Part shown: positions 39,001-48,870 of the stretch, piece after piece
How positions within the stretch are numbered: position 1 is the stretch's first letter
Layout: each line of letters starts with the position of its first letter
From: Prevotella sp.
Lineage (GTDB): Bacteria; Bacteroidota; Bacteroidia; Bacteroidales; Dysgonomonadaceae
NCBI GenBank assembly: GCA_031285625.1
Contig: JAITVV010000043.1
Location: 32,001-96,000, forward strand
DNA length: 64,000 bases
Direction: 5' to 3'
Notes under the pieces: model-generated
The model's database searches: none
What the model saw: the letters and a program-made list of their open reading frames with translations, nothing else
Told to the model about the DNA's origin: nothing
Position numbers and translations under genes: made by a program

Positions 39001-39564
39001 ATGAAGTTTAAGCCAAGACATATTAAACTAAAGAACAACAAAACCGTTGAAATAAGGGAAGCTGTTATTGATGATGCACAAGGGCTTATAGATGCCGCTA
39101 AAAAGTATTTGAGAGACAGTGACTACCTGCTATCTTATGAGGAAGAATTCACCAATAGCCTTGAAGAGGAAGTCTCTTGGATAGGATCAATGGCTAATGA
39201 CAATAGCCTGTTGTTAGTCGCTGTCTATGAAGGTGAGATTTTATCCACATTCAGCCTGCACAGCAGACAACTGAAAAAGATAAAACATACTGCAGAAATA
39301 GCTATCGCTATATTAAAAGAATGGCAAGGTCTAGGTTTAGGATTTGCATTGTTCAATTCAGCTATTACATGGTGCAAGGAAAATACTTCACTCGAAATCT
39401 TATATCTTGACGTTTTTGCCGAAAATACAAATGCATATCATCTTTATAAGAAAATAGGATTTACAGAAGATGGCAGAAGAAAAAATTATTACAAGACCAA
39501 ATCAGATAAATATATAGACAATATAATGATGTCACTAAATATAAATCAAATAAACATTAAATAA
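39001..39564 (+). CDS. GNAT family N-acetyltransferase
   Basis: HTAEIAI, WQGLGLG, LDVFAENTNAYHLYKKIGF. Confidence 0.88.
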   Translation: MKFKPRHIKLKNNKTVEIREAVIDDAQGLIDAAKKYLRDSDYLLSYEEEFTNSLEEEVSWIGSMANDNSLLLVAVYEGEILSTFSLHSRQLKKIKHTAEIAIAILKEWQGLGLGFALFNSAITWCKENTSLEILYLDVFAENTNAYHLYKKIGFTEDGRRKNYYKTKSDKYIDNIMMSLNINQINIK

Positions 39565-39566
39565 AT

Positions 39567-40628
39567 ATGAAACTAGAATCTATTTTACTTCCCGGGGTTG
39601 ACCCGAAACGTCCCTTAGTGATAGCCGGCCCTTGTAGCGCCGAAACAGAAGAACAAGTGATGAACACTGCCAGACAACTGGCTGCCGATGGCATTAAAAT
39701 CCTTCGTGCCGGAATATGGAAACCCCGGACAAAGCCAGGTGGTTTCGAAGGTGTTGGTAGCGAGGGACTTGCATGGCTCAAAAAAGTGAAACAAGAAACA
39801 GGTATGTATGTATCTACCGAGGTTGCCACTCAGAAGCATGTTTACGAAGCACTTAAATATGGTATCGATATGCTCTGGATAGGCGCACGCACCACAGCAA
39901 ACCCTTTTGCCGTACAGGAAATCGCAGAAGCTTTGCAAGGTGTTGACATCCCTGTATTGGTTAAGAACCCTGTCAATCCCGATCTTGAACTTTGGATCGG
40001 AGCGCTTGAACGACTTAGCAATGTGGGACTTACTAAAATAGGTGCTATACACCGCGGATTCAGTTCATATGATAAAAAGATATACAGGAACCTGCCCCAG
40101 TGGCATATACCAATCGAATTGCAGCGCCGTTTCCCGGACCTGCCGATTATCTGTGACCCAAGCCATATCGGGGGAAAACGTGACCTCATACAACCTTTGT
40201 CTCAACAAGCAATGGACCTGAACTATGATGGACTGATTATAGAAACACATTGCGACCCTGAGAACGCCTGGAGTGACGCGGCACAGCAGGTAACACCTGT
40301 CAGACTGAAAGAAATACTGGCTTCATTAATTATCAGAGACGGAAAGCAATCCACTGAAGACCTTTCTGACCTTCGCCGACAGATTGACGAACTTGACGAT
40401 CAATTACTCGAACTCTTAGCCAAACGTATGCGTATTTCCTGTGAAATAGGTACTTTCAAGAAAGAACACAATATGACTGTAGTTCAGACTGACCGTTATG
40501 ACGAGATACTCAACAAACGTATAGCACAGGCTGAAGGGATGAAAATGAATCCGGATTTCATGCGTATTATACTTGAAGCAATCCACGAAGAATCTGTAAG
40601 ACAACAGGTAATTATATTGAACAAATAG
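39567..40628 (+). CDS. Bifunctional DAHP synthase / chorismate mutase
   Basis: IAGPCSAE, WKPRT, WIGART, HRGF, DPSH, WSD; C-terminal LRRQIDELD CM domain. Confidence 0.92.
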   Translation: MKLESILLPGVDPKRPLVIAGPCSAETEEQVMNTARQLAADGIKILRAGIWKPRTKPGGFEGVGSEGLAWLKKVKQETGMYVSTEVATQKHVYEALKYGIDMLWIGARTTANPFAVQEIAEALQGVDIPVLVKNPVNPDLELWIGALERLSNVGLTKIGAIHRGFSSYDKKIYRNLPQWHIPIELQRRFPDLPIICDPSHIGGKRDLIQPLSQQAMDLNYDGLIIETHCDPENAWSDAAQQVTPVRLKEILASLIIRDGKQSTEDLSDLRRQIDELDDQLLELLAKRMRISCEIGTFKKEHNMTVVQTDRYDEILNKRIAQAEGMKMNPDFMRIILEAIHEESVRQQVIILNK

Positions 40629-40645
40629 TAATATATAATATCATT

Positions 40646-40686
40646 AAGGACTAAAGGATATTCAATTCTTTTAGTCCTTTTTTATT
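40646..40686 (+). terminator. Rho-independent terminator of the phe operon
   Basis: AAGGACTAAAGGA-loop-TCTTTTAGTCCTT + T tract. Confidence 0.8.
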
Positions 40687-40729
40687 CACTATATAATACT
40701 CGTTCTATAAAATTAGTTAACTTTGCAAA

Positions 40730-41179
40730 ATGAGACTGAAACAGATAATCACTTTAACACTATTGATCTTTGCTAATATATTTCTATTAGCACACTCTGT
40801 TTTACCTCATTCGCACCATGACGGGGTTGTCTGTTTTTCACTCGAAGAATTAACACACCAACATCATTGTTCTGACCATCATGATGATGTAGGATGCTGT
40901 TGCGAACATGGTAAAAATGGCCATCATCATTCTAACACCGAAGATTGTGATTTAAAGGATATCGTACTCCGACAACAGGACAATACACATGAAGATATAT
41001 TGCCTTGTCCCAACTGCCTTTTATTAGCGTATACACTGTATTCGCTAAACGAATTCTATATAGAAGCTCCACAATTTGGAGAGCGCCTCCGACAAAAACC
41101 TTATTTAGAAAACTATATCCCTCCCTTCGTAGGCTCTGTAAAAAGTCTGCGTGCTCCTCCTGTATCTTATTTCAGTTAA
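40730..41179 (+). CDS. Secreted His/Cys-rich leader protein with C-terminal RAPP arrest-like motif (DUF6769/DUF2946-like)
   Basis: Signal peptide, 14 His, 8 Cys including CCC and CPNC, ends SLRAPPVSYFS; directly upstream of RND operon. Confidence 0.8.
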   Translation: MRLKQIITLTLLIFANIFLLAHSVLPHSHHDGVVCFSLEELTHQHHCSDHHDDVGCCCEHGKNGHHHSNTEDCDLKDIVLRQQDNTHEDILPCPNCLLLAYTLYSLNEFYIEAPQFGERLRQKPYLENYIPPFVGSVKSLRAPPVSYFS

Positions 41180-41289
41180 ATATAAGCCATCACTTTTAGT
41201 TGATAGCCGTTAGTCGTGAAAACGAAAGAAGCTAATAATTAACGGTCAATAGCTAAAAGCTAACTTGTAACTATTTAAGGAATAAGATA
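41163..41289 (+). promoter_or_regulatory. Long mRNA stem-loop pairing the leader ORF 3' end with the start region of the efflux adaptor gene
   Basis: 41163-41173 pairs with 41279-41289; nested stems 41176-80/41274-78, 41181-86/41264-69, 41193-201/41251-59, 41206-12/41240-46; TCGT-GAAA-ACGA tetraloop hairpin 41214-41225. Confidence 0.7.
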
Positions 41290-42570
41290 ATGAAACAATA
41301 TATAATTTATATCGCTTGTCTGTTGGCGATACTATGGGGATGCAACTCTAAACAAAAAACAGACGATCATACTGGGCATAATCACACTGAAGAATCTAAT
41401 GCCGGACACGACCACTCAAAAGATGGGCATACTCATGCCGATGGCGAAGAATGTAGTCATAATCATGAACATGAAGCAGAGCATAACCATGCACCCGGTG
41501 AAACATGTGACCATGACCATTCGACTGAGAATGTATCAGCAGAACATGGCGATGAAATAATGTTCAACCCCGAGCAGGCTAAATCAGCAGGTTTGGAAAC
41601 GGTAACAGTTCAACCCTCTACATTTTATCAGGTAATAAAAACCAGCGGTCAGATATTATCTGCTCAGGGTGATGAGGTAACTATTTCGGCTACATCGAGT
41701 GGCATTGTATCTTTCAACAAGCCATCATTAAATGAAGGCTTAGCGGTAAAAGGCGGTGAATCTCTTTTAAGCATTTCTTCCCGGAATATTGTAGATGGTG
41801 ACCCTGCTGTTAGGGCTAAATCAACTTATGATATTGCCCAACGTGAATTTCAGCGTGCCGAATCATTAATAGGCGATAAGCTTATTGCTGAAAAGGAATA
41901 CAACGAGATTAAGCTGAATTATGAAAATGCTAAGGTCGCTTATCAGGCGATAGCACAACGTTCAACAGCCAGAGGTGTGGGTATATCAACGCCGATTACC
42001 GGATTCATTAAAACAAAGCTGGTAAATGAAGGGCAATATGTAGAAGTAGGCCAAGCTCTTATGACGGTTACCCAAAACCGGAAGTTACAGCTTCGGGCAG
42101 ATGTTTCAGAACGTTATTATAAAGATTTGGGGAATATCACTTCTGCAAATTTCAAAACTCCTTATGATAAAACAGTTTATACCCTTGCCAACCTCAATGG
42201 CAGACTTGTTTCTTATGGTAAATCGTCCAGTAACCAGGAATATTACATTCCGGTCAATTTTGAATTTGACAATATAGGGCAGGTTATATCGGGTTCGTAT
42301 GTCGAAATCTATCTGTTGGGGCAGTCACGTAATAATGTAATATCTATTCCGGTATCGTCTCTTGTGGAAGAACAGGGGCTTTATTTTGTCTATCTGCAGG
42401 TTCACGAAGATGCTTATAAAAAGCAGGAGGTAACTCCTGGCACGAGTGACGGCAGTAACATAGAGATTCTTTCCGGTCTGAAAAAGGGAGATAAGGTTGT
42501 AAGTAAAGGCACTTACCACGTTAAGCTTGCTTCGGCTTCGGCATCTATTCCCCATGCTCATGAACATTAA
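41290..42570 (+). CDS. Heavy-metal RND efflux periplasmic adaptor (CzcB/CusB-like) with His-rich N-terminus
   Basis: Lipobox LWGC, His-rich tract, STPITGFI...EGQYV, EILSGLKKGDKVV, C-terminal HAHEH. Confidence 0.9.
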   Translation: MKQYIIYIACLLAILWGCNSKQKTDDHTGHNHTEESNAGHDHSKDGHTHADGEECSHNHEHEAEHNHAPGETCDHDHSTENVSAEHGDEIMFNPEQAKSAGLETVTVQPSTFYQVIKTSGQILSAQGDEVTISATSSGIVSFNKPSLNEGLAVKGGESLLSISSRNIVDGDPAVRAKSTYDIAQREFQRAESLIGDKLIAEKEYNEIKLNYENAKVAYQAIAQRSTARGVGISTPITGFIKTKLVNEGQYVEVGQALMTVTQNRKLQLRADVSERYYKDLGNITSANFKTPYDKTVYTLANLNGRLVSYGKSSSNQEYYIPVNFEFDNIGQVISGSYVEIYLLGQSRNNVISIPVSSLVEEQGLYFVYLQVHEDAYKKQEVTPGTSDGSNIEILSGLKKGDKVVSKGTYHVKLASASASIPHAHEH

Positions 42571-42709
42571 GTTAATGTGCCAATATGCCAATTCGAAAAT
42601 TTGCCAATTGGAGCGAAGGCACAAAATTATAATTCACACTCGTTTACTTGTTTACCCGTCAACTTATATCAGACTTGTAACTTGTAACTCGTCAACTTGT
42701 AACTAACTT

Positions 42710-45700
42710 ATGCTAAATAAAATAATACAATTTTCGCTAAACAATCGTCTGGTTGTTCTTATCGGGGCTGTGCTTCTTCTTATTGGAGGACTGTATACAG
42801 CCAGAAATATGGAGATAGATGTATTCCCCGACCTGAATGCGCCTACCGTTGTTATCATGACAGAGGCAAACGGCATGGCGCCGGAAGAAGTAGAACGCCT
42901 TGTATCTTTCCCTATCGAAACGGCTGTAAATGGTGCGACTGATGTGCGCCGTGTGCGTTCGTCTTCTACTACAGGTTTTTCTGTTGTATGGGTTGAATTC
43001 GATTGGGGAACAGATATTTATAAGGCTCGCCAGATAGTAACTGAGAAACTGGCTACACTAGGTGATGCCCTTCCCGGAAATATAGGGCAACCTACCTTAG
43101 GACCACAATCTTCTATCTTGGGAGAGATAATGATTATCGGTCTGACCTCTGATTCTACTTCACTGTTAGACTTGCGTACAATTGCAGACTGGACTATTCG
43201 CCCACGATTACTTTCTACTGGTGGAGTGGCACAAGTTACAGTTATTGGTGGTGATATCAAGGAGTATCAGATATTACTTGACCCGGGGAGAATGAAACAT
43301 TATGGGGTCTCTCTTGATGAGGTATTACAGGTAACCCGCAATATGAATCAGAATGCTTCAGGCGGTATCTTATATGAATATGGAAATGAATATATTGTAA
43401 GAGGTGTCTTGCAAAGTACGGATGTAAATGAAATAGGCAAGGCTGTTATCAAGAAGGCCGGAGAAAGCCCTATCTTAGTGAGTGATGTCGCTGATATTAA
43501 GATAGGAGCTAAAACGCCGGTATTGGGCGTTGCTTCGGAAAGGACTAAGCCTGCCGTTTTACTTACTGTAACCAAGCAACCGAATACCAATACAATTGAA
43601 CTGACCGATAAGTTGGATACATCTATTGCCGATTTACAGAAAAGCCTTCCCTCTGATGTGAAGGTTACTACTGATATTTTCCGTCAGGAACGCTTTATCA
43701 ACAACTCCATTAATAATGTACAGAAGTCGTTGTACGAGGGGGCTATTTTTGTAGTTATTATCCTGTTCCTCTTCCTGATGAATGGGCGTACTACATTTAT
43801 ATCCTTGATGGCTCTGCCTCTATCTTTGCTGACTTCTATCCTTGCGCTCAAACTGATGGGACTAACCATCAATACAATGAGTCTGGGAGGAATGGCGATT
43901 GCAATAGGTTCACTGGTAGATGATGCCATTATCGATGTAGAGAATGTATTTAAACATTTAAGGGAAAACAGGCAAAAGCCTAAAGAAGAACAAAAAAGTG
44001 TACTTACTGTCGTATTTGAAGCTTCTAAAGAAGTGCGGATGCCAATACTGAACTCAACTCTGATTATCGTTACCAGCTTCATCCCTTTATTTTTCCTGAG
44101 TGGAATGGAGGGGCGTATGCTTGTTCCGCTGGGTATTGCTTTCATTGTGGCATTGTTTGCCTCTACAGTGGTGGCATTGACCGTAACTCCTGTCCTTTGT
44201 AGTTATCTCTTAGGTAAGAATAAGAAAGACAAGGAAGAAAAAGAGCCAGTCTTTGTTGTAAAACTAAAAACCGTATATGAGAAAAGCTTGCATTGGGCAT
44301 TGGAAAAGCAAAAGATTGTTCTGGGAATAACAGGGTTGCTTTTACTTTCAGCTATTATAATCTTCTTCACTTTTGGGCGTAACTTCCTGCCTCCTTTCAA
44401 TGAGGGCTCTTTTACGATTACGATAAATACATTGCCGGGAATATCTCTTGAGGAATCAGATAAAGTGGGGTCTATGGCCGAAAAAGCAATACTTAGCGTA
44501 CCTGAAATACAGACTGTAGGACGGAAAACCGGACGGGCCGAACTCGATGAACACTCTTTTGGAGTAAATACCTCGGAAATAGAGGCTCCGTTTATGTTAA
44601 AAGACCGTTCTCAGGAGGATATGCTAACCGAACTTAGGGAAAAACTGAATGCTATACCCGGTATAAGCGTTGAAATAGGTCAGCCTATATCGCACCGTAT
44701 AGACCATATGCTTTCAGGTACTAAGGCCAATATTGCCATTAAGTTATTCGGGCCGGATTTGAACAAACTGTATTCTTTAGGAAATGATATCAAATCGAAG
44801 ATAGAAAGTGTGGAAGGCGTTGCCGACCTGAATGTGGAACAACAAGTGGAACGCCCACAGTTAAAGATTGTTCCCAAACGGGAATTACTGGCTAAATATG
44901 GAATTACCTTACCTGAGTTTTCAGAATTTGTAACGACCATGCTTTCCGGAGAAGTTGTTTCTCAGGTGTATGATGCCGGGAAAAGCTTCGATCTGACATT
45001 GAAAGTGGACGATAATTATAAAGACCAAGCCGAAAAAATCAGGAATCTGATGATAGATGCTAATGGCCTGAAGATTCCTTTTGCCTATGTGGCGGATATC
45101 ACCTCTTCTACAGGCCCGAATACAGTGAACAGGGAAAATGCCCAACGTAAAATTGTAGTATCGGCAAATGTTGCCGGAAGGGATTTGCGCAGCGTAGTAA
45201 ATGATATTCAGAAAAGTGTAGATGAGAATATTCAATTACCGGAAGGATATCATATTGAATATGGAGGCCAGTTTGAGAGTGAACAAGCTGCATCACGTAC
45301 AATTATGATAGCTTCTGTCTTCGCTATTCTGATTATATTCCTGTTATTATTCAATCAGTTCAGGAATATAACACAGTCAGCCGTTATCCTTCTGAATCTG
45401 CCTCTGGCACTGATTGGTGGGGTATATGCTATACTATTTACCTCCGGTGAAATCAGTATTCCTGCCGTTATCGGGTTTATTGCCCTGTTTGGTATTGCCA
45501 CACGCAACGGTATCCTGTTGATGGCTCACTATAATGACTTGGGACATAGGGGGTATTCTGTGAATAAGAGTATTTTGCAAGGGTCTTTAGACCGGTTGAA
45601 TCCGATATTGATGACTGCCTTGTCTTCAGGCTTGGCGCTGATTCCATTGGCTGTTCAGGGAGGTCTTCCCGGAAATGAGATTCAAAGCCCGATGGCGAAG

Positions 45701-45814
45701 GTTATTCTGGGTGGATTACTCACTTCTACATTACTAAATATGTATATTGTACCCATTATATACAGAATGTTGAAGAAAAGGGAACCTGCTGTAAAAGAAG
45801 AGATTGTTAAATAA
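42710..45814 (+). CDS. czcA: CusA/CzcA family heavy-metal RND permease
   Basis: IDVFPDL, APEEVERLV, GGMAIAIGSLVDDAIIDVEN, RLNPILMTA. Confidence 0.92.
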   Translation: MLNKIIQFSLNNRLVVLIGAVLLLIGGLYTARNMEIDVFPDLNAPTVVIMTEANGMAPEEVERLVSFPIETAVNGATDVRRVRSSSTTGFSVVWVEFDWGTDIYKARQIVTEKLATLGDALPGNIGQPTLGPQSSILGEIMIIGLTSDSTSLLDLRTIADWTIRPRLLSTGGVAQVTVIGGDIKEYQILLDPGRMKHYGVSLDEVLQVTRNMNQNASGGILYEYGNEYIVRGVLQSTDVNEIGKAVIKKAGESPILVSDVADIKIGAKTPVLGVASERTKPAVLLTVTKQPNTNTIELTDKLDTSIADLQKSLPSDVKVTTDIFRQERFINNSINNVQKSLYEGAIFVVIILFLFLMNGRTTFISLMALPLSLLTSILALKLMGLTINTMSLGGMAIAIGSLVDDAIIDVENVFKHLRENRQKPKEEQKSVLTVVFEASKEVRMPILNSTLIIVTSFIPLFFLSGMEGRMLVPLGIAFIVALFASTVVALTVTPVLCSYLLGKNKKDKEEKEPVFVVKLKTVYEKSLHWALEKQKIVLGITGLLLLSAIIIFFTFGRNFLPPFNEGSFTITINTLPGISLEESDKVGSMAEKAILSVPEIQTVGRKTGRAELDEHSFGVNTSEIEAPFMLKDRSQEDMLTELREKLNAIPGISVEIGQPISHRIDHMLSGTKANIAIKLFGPDLNKLYSLGNDIKSKIESVEGVADLNVEQQVERPQLKIVPKRELLAKYGITLPEFSEFVTTMLSGEVVSQVYDAGKSFDLTLKVDDNYKDQAEKIRNLMIDANGLKIPFAYVADITSSTGPNTVNRENAQRKIVVSANVAGRDLRSVVNDIQKSVDENIQLPEGYHIEYGGQFESEQAASRTIMIASVFAILIIFLLLFNQFRNITQSAVILLNLPLALIGGVYAILFTSGEISIPAVIGFIALFGIATRNGILLMAHYNDLGHRGYSVNKSILQGSLDRLNPILMTALSSGLALIPLAVQGGLPGNEIQSPMAKVILGGLLTSTLLNMYIVPIIYRMLKKREPAVKEEIVK

Positions 45815-45828
45815 ATAAGCTATAGTTT

Positions 45829-47004
45829 ATGAAACGAATAATATATATTCTCTTATTTCTACTTGCGATAAATGTACAGGCGCAAGACTCATTTAATAAT
45901 GTGATTAGAGAAATTGAGGCTAATAATACAACCCTGAAAGCCTACAGGGAAAAAGCCAATGCCGATAAGATAGGCAACAAAACAGGTATTAATATGGCCA
46001 ATCCCGAAGTAGAATTCGGTTACCTATGGGGAAGCCCCTCTGCTATAGGTCATAAGATAGACCTGAATGTAACCCAGTCATTTGATTTCCCTACAGCCTA
46101 TCGTTATAAGAATCAGTTAGCTGATGGAAAGAATGTACAGGTAGATATGATTTATAATCAGCAATGTATGGAAATTCTGCAGGAAGCCAGACTGTTGTAC
46201 GTTCAATTGGTGTATCAGGCAAGCATGCATAAAGAGTTATCTCAGAGGCTGATGCAGGCAAGAGAATTATCAGATGCTTATCAGAAGAGTTTCGACCAGG
46301 GAAATATAGATATCCTGGAGCGGAACAAAACTAAGCTGAACCTGCTGAGTGCAGAGAAAGCTTTACAGATAAACGAAGTAGATATGAACCTGTCAAAATC
46401 TGAACTGCAACGCCTGAACGGAGGTCTGGAATTGACCTCTATAGCAGACAGTTATCCCGCTTTTGTGTTCCCTCTAAACTTTATTGAGTGGTTTGAAAGG
46501 ATAAAAGATAATAATCCCGCGCTTCAGGTAACTGAACAGGAGATTGCACTCAGTAGGAAGCAGGAACAACTGACACGTGCCCTCAACCTTCCCAAAATAA
46601 CTGCCGGATATACCAGTGAAAGGACTTCCGGCGAGACTTTTCAGGGAGTTTCGGTAGGGGTATCTATTCCTCTGTGGGAAGGGAAGAACACCGTGAAGCA
46701 TCAGAAAGCACAAACTGTTGCTTTGCAGATGCAACATGATGACTCGAAGCTGCAGTTTAGGAATTCTCTTAAAAATCAGTATGATAAAGCGAAGAAACTA
46801 TCCTTGTTATTGAGAGAGTATCAGGAAGCCTTAAGTGTTACAAGCAATCAGGAATTATTGAAAAAAGCATTGGATAAGGGTCAATTGTCTCTTATTAATT
46901 ATCTGTTGGAACTATCCGTATATTATGAAACAATGGATAAATATCTGGAAACAGAAAGAGACTACCAGTTGGCTGTAGCAGAATTACAGCGATGGGAAAG
47001 ATAG
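45829..47004 (+). CDS. TolC/CzcC family outer-membrane factor
   Basis: Signal peptide, NPEVEFGY, LPKITAGY, GVSIPLW; last gene of RND operon. Confidence 0.85.
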   Translation: MKRIIYILLFLLAINVQAQDSFNNVIREIEANNTTLKAYREKANADKIGNKTGINMANPEVEFGYLWGSPSAIGHKIDLNVTQSFDFPTAYRYKNQLADGKNVQVDMIYNQQCMEILQEARLLYVQLVYQASMHKELSQRLMQARELSDAYQKSFDQGNIDILERNKTKLNLLSAEKALQINEVDMNLSKSELQRLNGGLELTSIADSYPAFVFPLNFIEWFERIKDNNPALQVTEQEIALSRKQEQLTRALNLPKITAGYTSERTSGETFQGVSVGVSIPLWEGKNTVKHQKAQTVALQMQHDDSKLQFRNSLKNQYDKAKKLSLLLREYQEALSVTSNQELLKKALDKGQLSLINYLLELSVYYETMDKYLETERDYQLAVAELQRWER

Positions 47005-47012
47005 TGAATGTA

Positions 47013-47040
47013 GAAAGGATGTCTGACAAGACATCCTTTC
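47013..47040. terminator. Terminator hairpin between convergent genes
   Basis: GAAAGGATGTCT-GACA-AGACATCCTTTC. Confidence 0.75.
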
Positions 47041-47047
47041 GCTTTTA

Positions 47048-47851
47048 TTAATTCAGTTCTTTATAAAAATCACTGTTCTTCATTTTTTCAGCTAACTTTT
47101 GAGGAGATGTGGAACCCATAACAAAAGGAAAAAATATGGCTTCATGCCCTCTGAATATTATAACATAAGTACCGTCTTTCCCCTTCTTGATAGTTTTTAG
47201 TGCCTTATCAATATCAGTTTTCAACTTTTTCTTATCAGCTTTGTCTTTTTCTAAATATTCCGAAAGCCTGTCTCCGTGGCTGTAATTCTGACTCTCTACA
47301 ATTAGGGCTATCAAATATGCATATGACTGATCTTTCTTACCTGCCTTATAATATGTATTTGCTATATCAAATATGCAACGTTCTATATCTTTAGTCAATG
47401 TCGTTCCACTGGAAGCTACAATTAGCCTGTAGTCAAAAACCGATTTCTTGTAATATTCAACTGCCTGATCATATTCGCCTGCAGATAAATAATAATCTGC
47501 TAATGCATGAGCTGCTATGTGTTTTATGTTCCACACATCATCATGTCTTCTTAAATTTGAAAATTTTTTCTCCAGAAAATCTTCAGTAATATCCAATGTT
47601 AGAAAAAACTTGAAATCGTCCACATAATTACCAATATTATATCTGGTTATTTTCTCATCCAGATTTTCAATATGCTTTTTTAATTCATTATTTGATATAT
47701 AAGGCTCATACGCGACCAATTTTTTTAAGGCTGGACGTAGTTCGTCTGTACGGGCATCGTGGTACAGTGGGTATTTTTCACGATCAGCCTCTGTTTGTGC
47801 ATACAATAACTGTATTGAAAGTAAAGCAATAATAAAACATAAATTTCTCAT
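47048..47851 (-). CDS. Exported TPR-like hypothetical protein
   Basis: Signal peptide; LADYYLSAGEYDQAVEYYKKS and IANTYYKAGKKDQS TPR-like helices. Confidence 0.65.
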   Translation of the reverse strand: MRNLCFIIALLSIQLLYAQTEADREKYPLYHDARTDELRPALKKLVAYEPYISNNELKKHIENLDEKITRYNIGNYVDDFKFFLTLDITEDFLEKKFSNLRRHDDVWNIKHIAAHALADYYLSAGEYDQAVEYYKKSVFDYRLIVASSGTTLTKDIERCIFDIANTYYKAGKKDQSYAYLIALIVESQNYSHGDRLSEYLEKDKADKKKLKTDIDKALKTIKKGKDGTYVIIFRGHEAIFFPFVMGSTSPQKLAEKMKNSDFYKELN

Positions 47852-47877
47852 AATAAAGTTTTGTGTTTGAGTTATTT

Positions 47878-48705
47878 TTAATTTAAGATAGAGGCTCCAA
47901 GAATAGCTACATCTTCTACTTTAGATGTGTAAATTTTTAGTTTCTTTACTGTTTCAGGATAAGGAAAATCATCCAAGCTCTCCATCATTGCAGAACCAAA
48001 GTACTCGTAAGCATTAGCTATACTGCCACCTATGATTATTACTCTTGGATCATAGGCAAATAAAATTACTTTCATCAGATCTCCCACATGATGGCCAAAT
48101 TGGTTCCAAAGAATAACAGCTTCAACATCCTCGTTTTCCTGGGCTTTTTCAAAGGCTTCTTTTCCTGTTAAGCCATGTACCCGGGTAAAATACGAACTGC
48201 TACAATATGATTCATAATCATATTCAAGATATGGGATACAGCCAATCTCCCCTGCTCCGGTATTTCCGCCATTATAGAGTTTTCCATCAATAATAATTCC
48301 AGAACCGACTCCTGTTCCCAATGCTACTGCAACAAGATCTTTTTGTCCTGCTCCTTCTCCAAAATGGTATTCTCCCAGAGCAAAACAGTTGCAATCATTG
48401 TTTACAAAAACAGGAATATTAAATTCTTTCTCCAAAATATCTTTCAGATGAACTTCTTTCCATGATGGTATATTCATTACATTATAAACAATTCCTTTTT
48501 CGGCATCAACAACTGAAGGTACTCCGACACCAATACTTTTTACTTCAGGAGTCATTATCTGATGCAGCATTTCCTTCAACTGATTGGTAACAACTTCTGC
48601 TGATTGATCTGCTTTACAGCGTTCGGCTATTTTTTTTATAATGGTGCCATTATTCACCACACCCATTCTTACATTAGTACCACCCAAGTCGATTCCAATT
48701 CTCAT
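47878..48705 (-). CDS. ROK family sugar kinase (glucokinase-like)
   Basis: IGIDLGGTN, NNDCNCFALGE, LGTGVGSG, GAGEIG. Confidence 0.9.
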   Translation of the reverse strand: MRIGIDLGGTNVRMGVVNNGTIIKKIAERCKADQSAEVVTNQLKEMLHQIMTPEVKSIGVGVPSVVDAEKGIVYNVMNIPSWKEVHLKDILEKEFNIPVFVNNDCNCFALGEYHFGEGAGQKDLVAVALGTGVGSGIIIDGKLYNGGNTGAGEIGCIPYLEYDYESYCSSSYFTRVHGLTGKEAFEKAQENEDVEAVILWNQFGHHVGDLMKVILFAYDPRVIIIGGSIANAYEYFGSAMMESLDDFPYPETVKKLKIYTSKVEDVAILGASILN

Positions 48706-48870
48706 AATTATCAGATTTAATTTTATTATTGATTACAAATATAATCCGTGTAAATCTAATCGCAAAACGATTTTTAGTATTATCTTACACAATCTCAGAA
48801 AACAAAATTCGCAAAAATATGTTATTTTTGAGAAGTTTAATCGATATGACTATCATAAGTAGCAAGCTAA

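Noticed and set aside
43018-45302. Multiple minus-strand ORFs within czcA (and similar ones within susC, GH3s, pepO)
   Set aside because: Antisense shadows of long, well-supported genes
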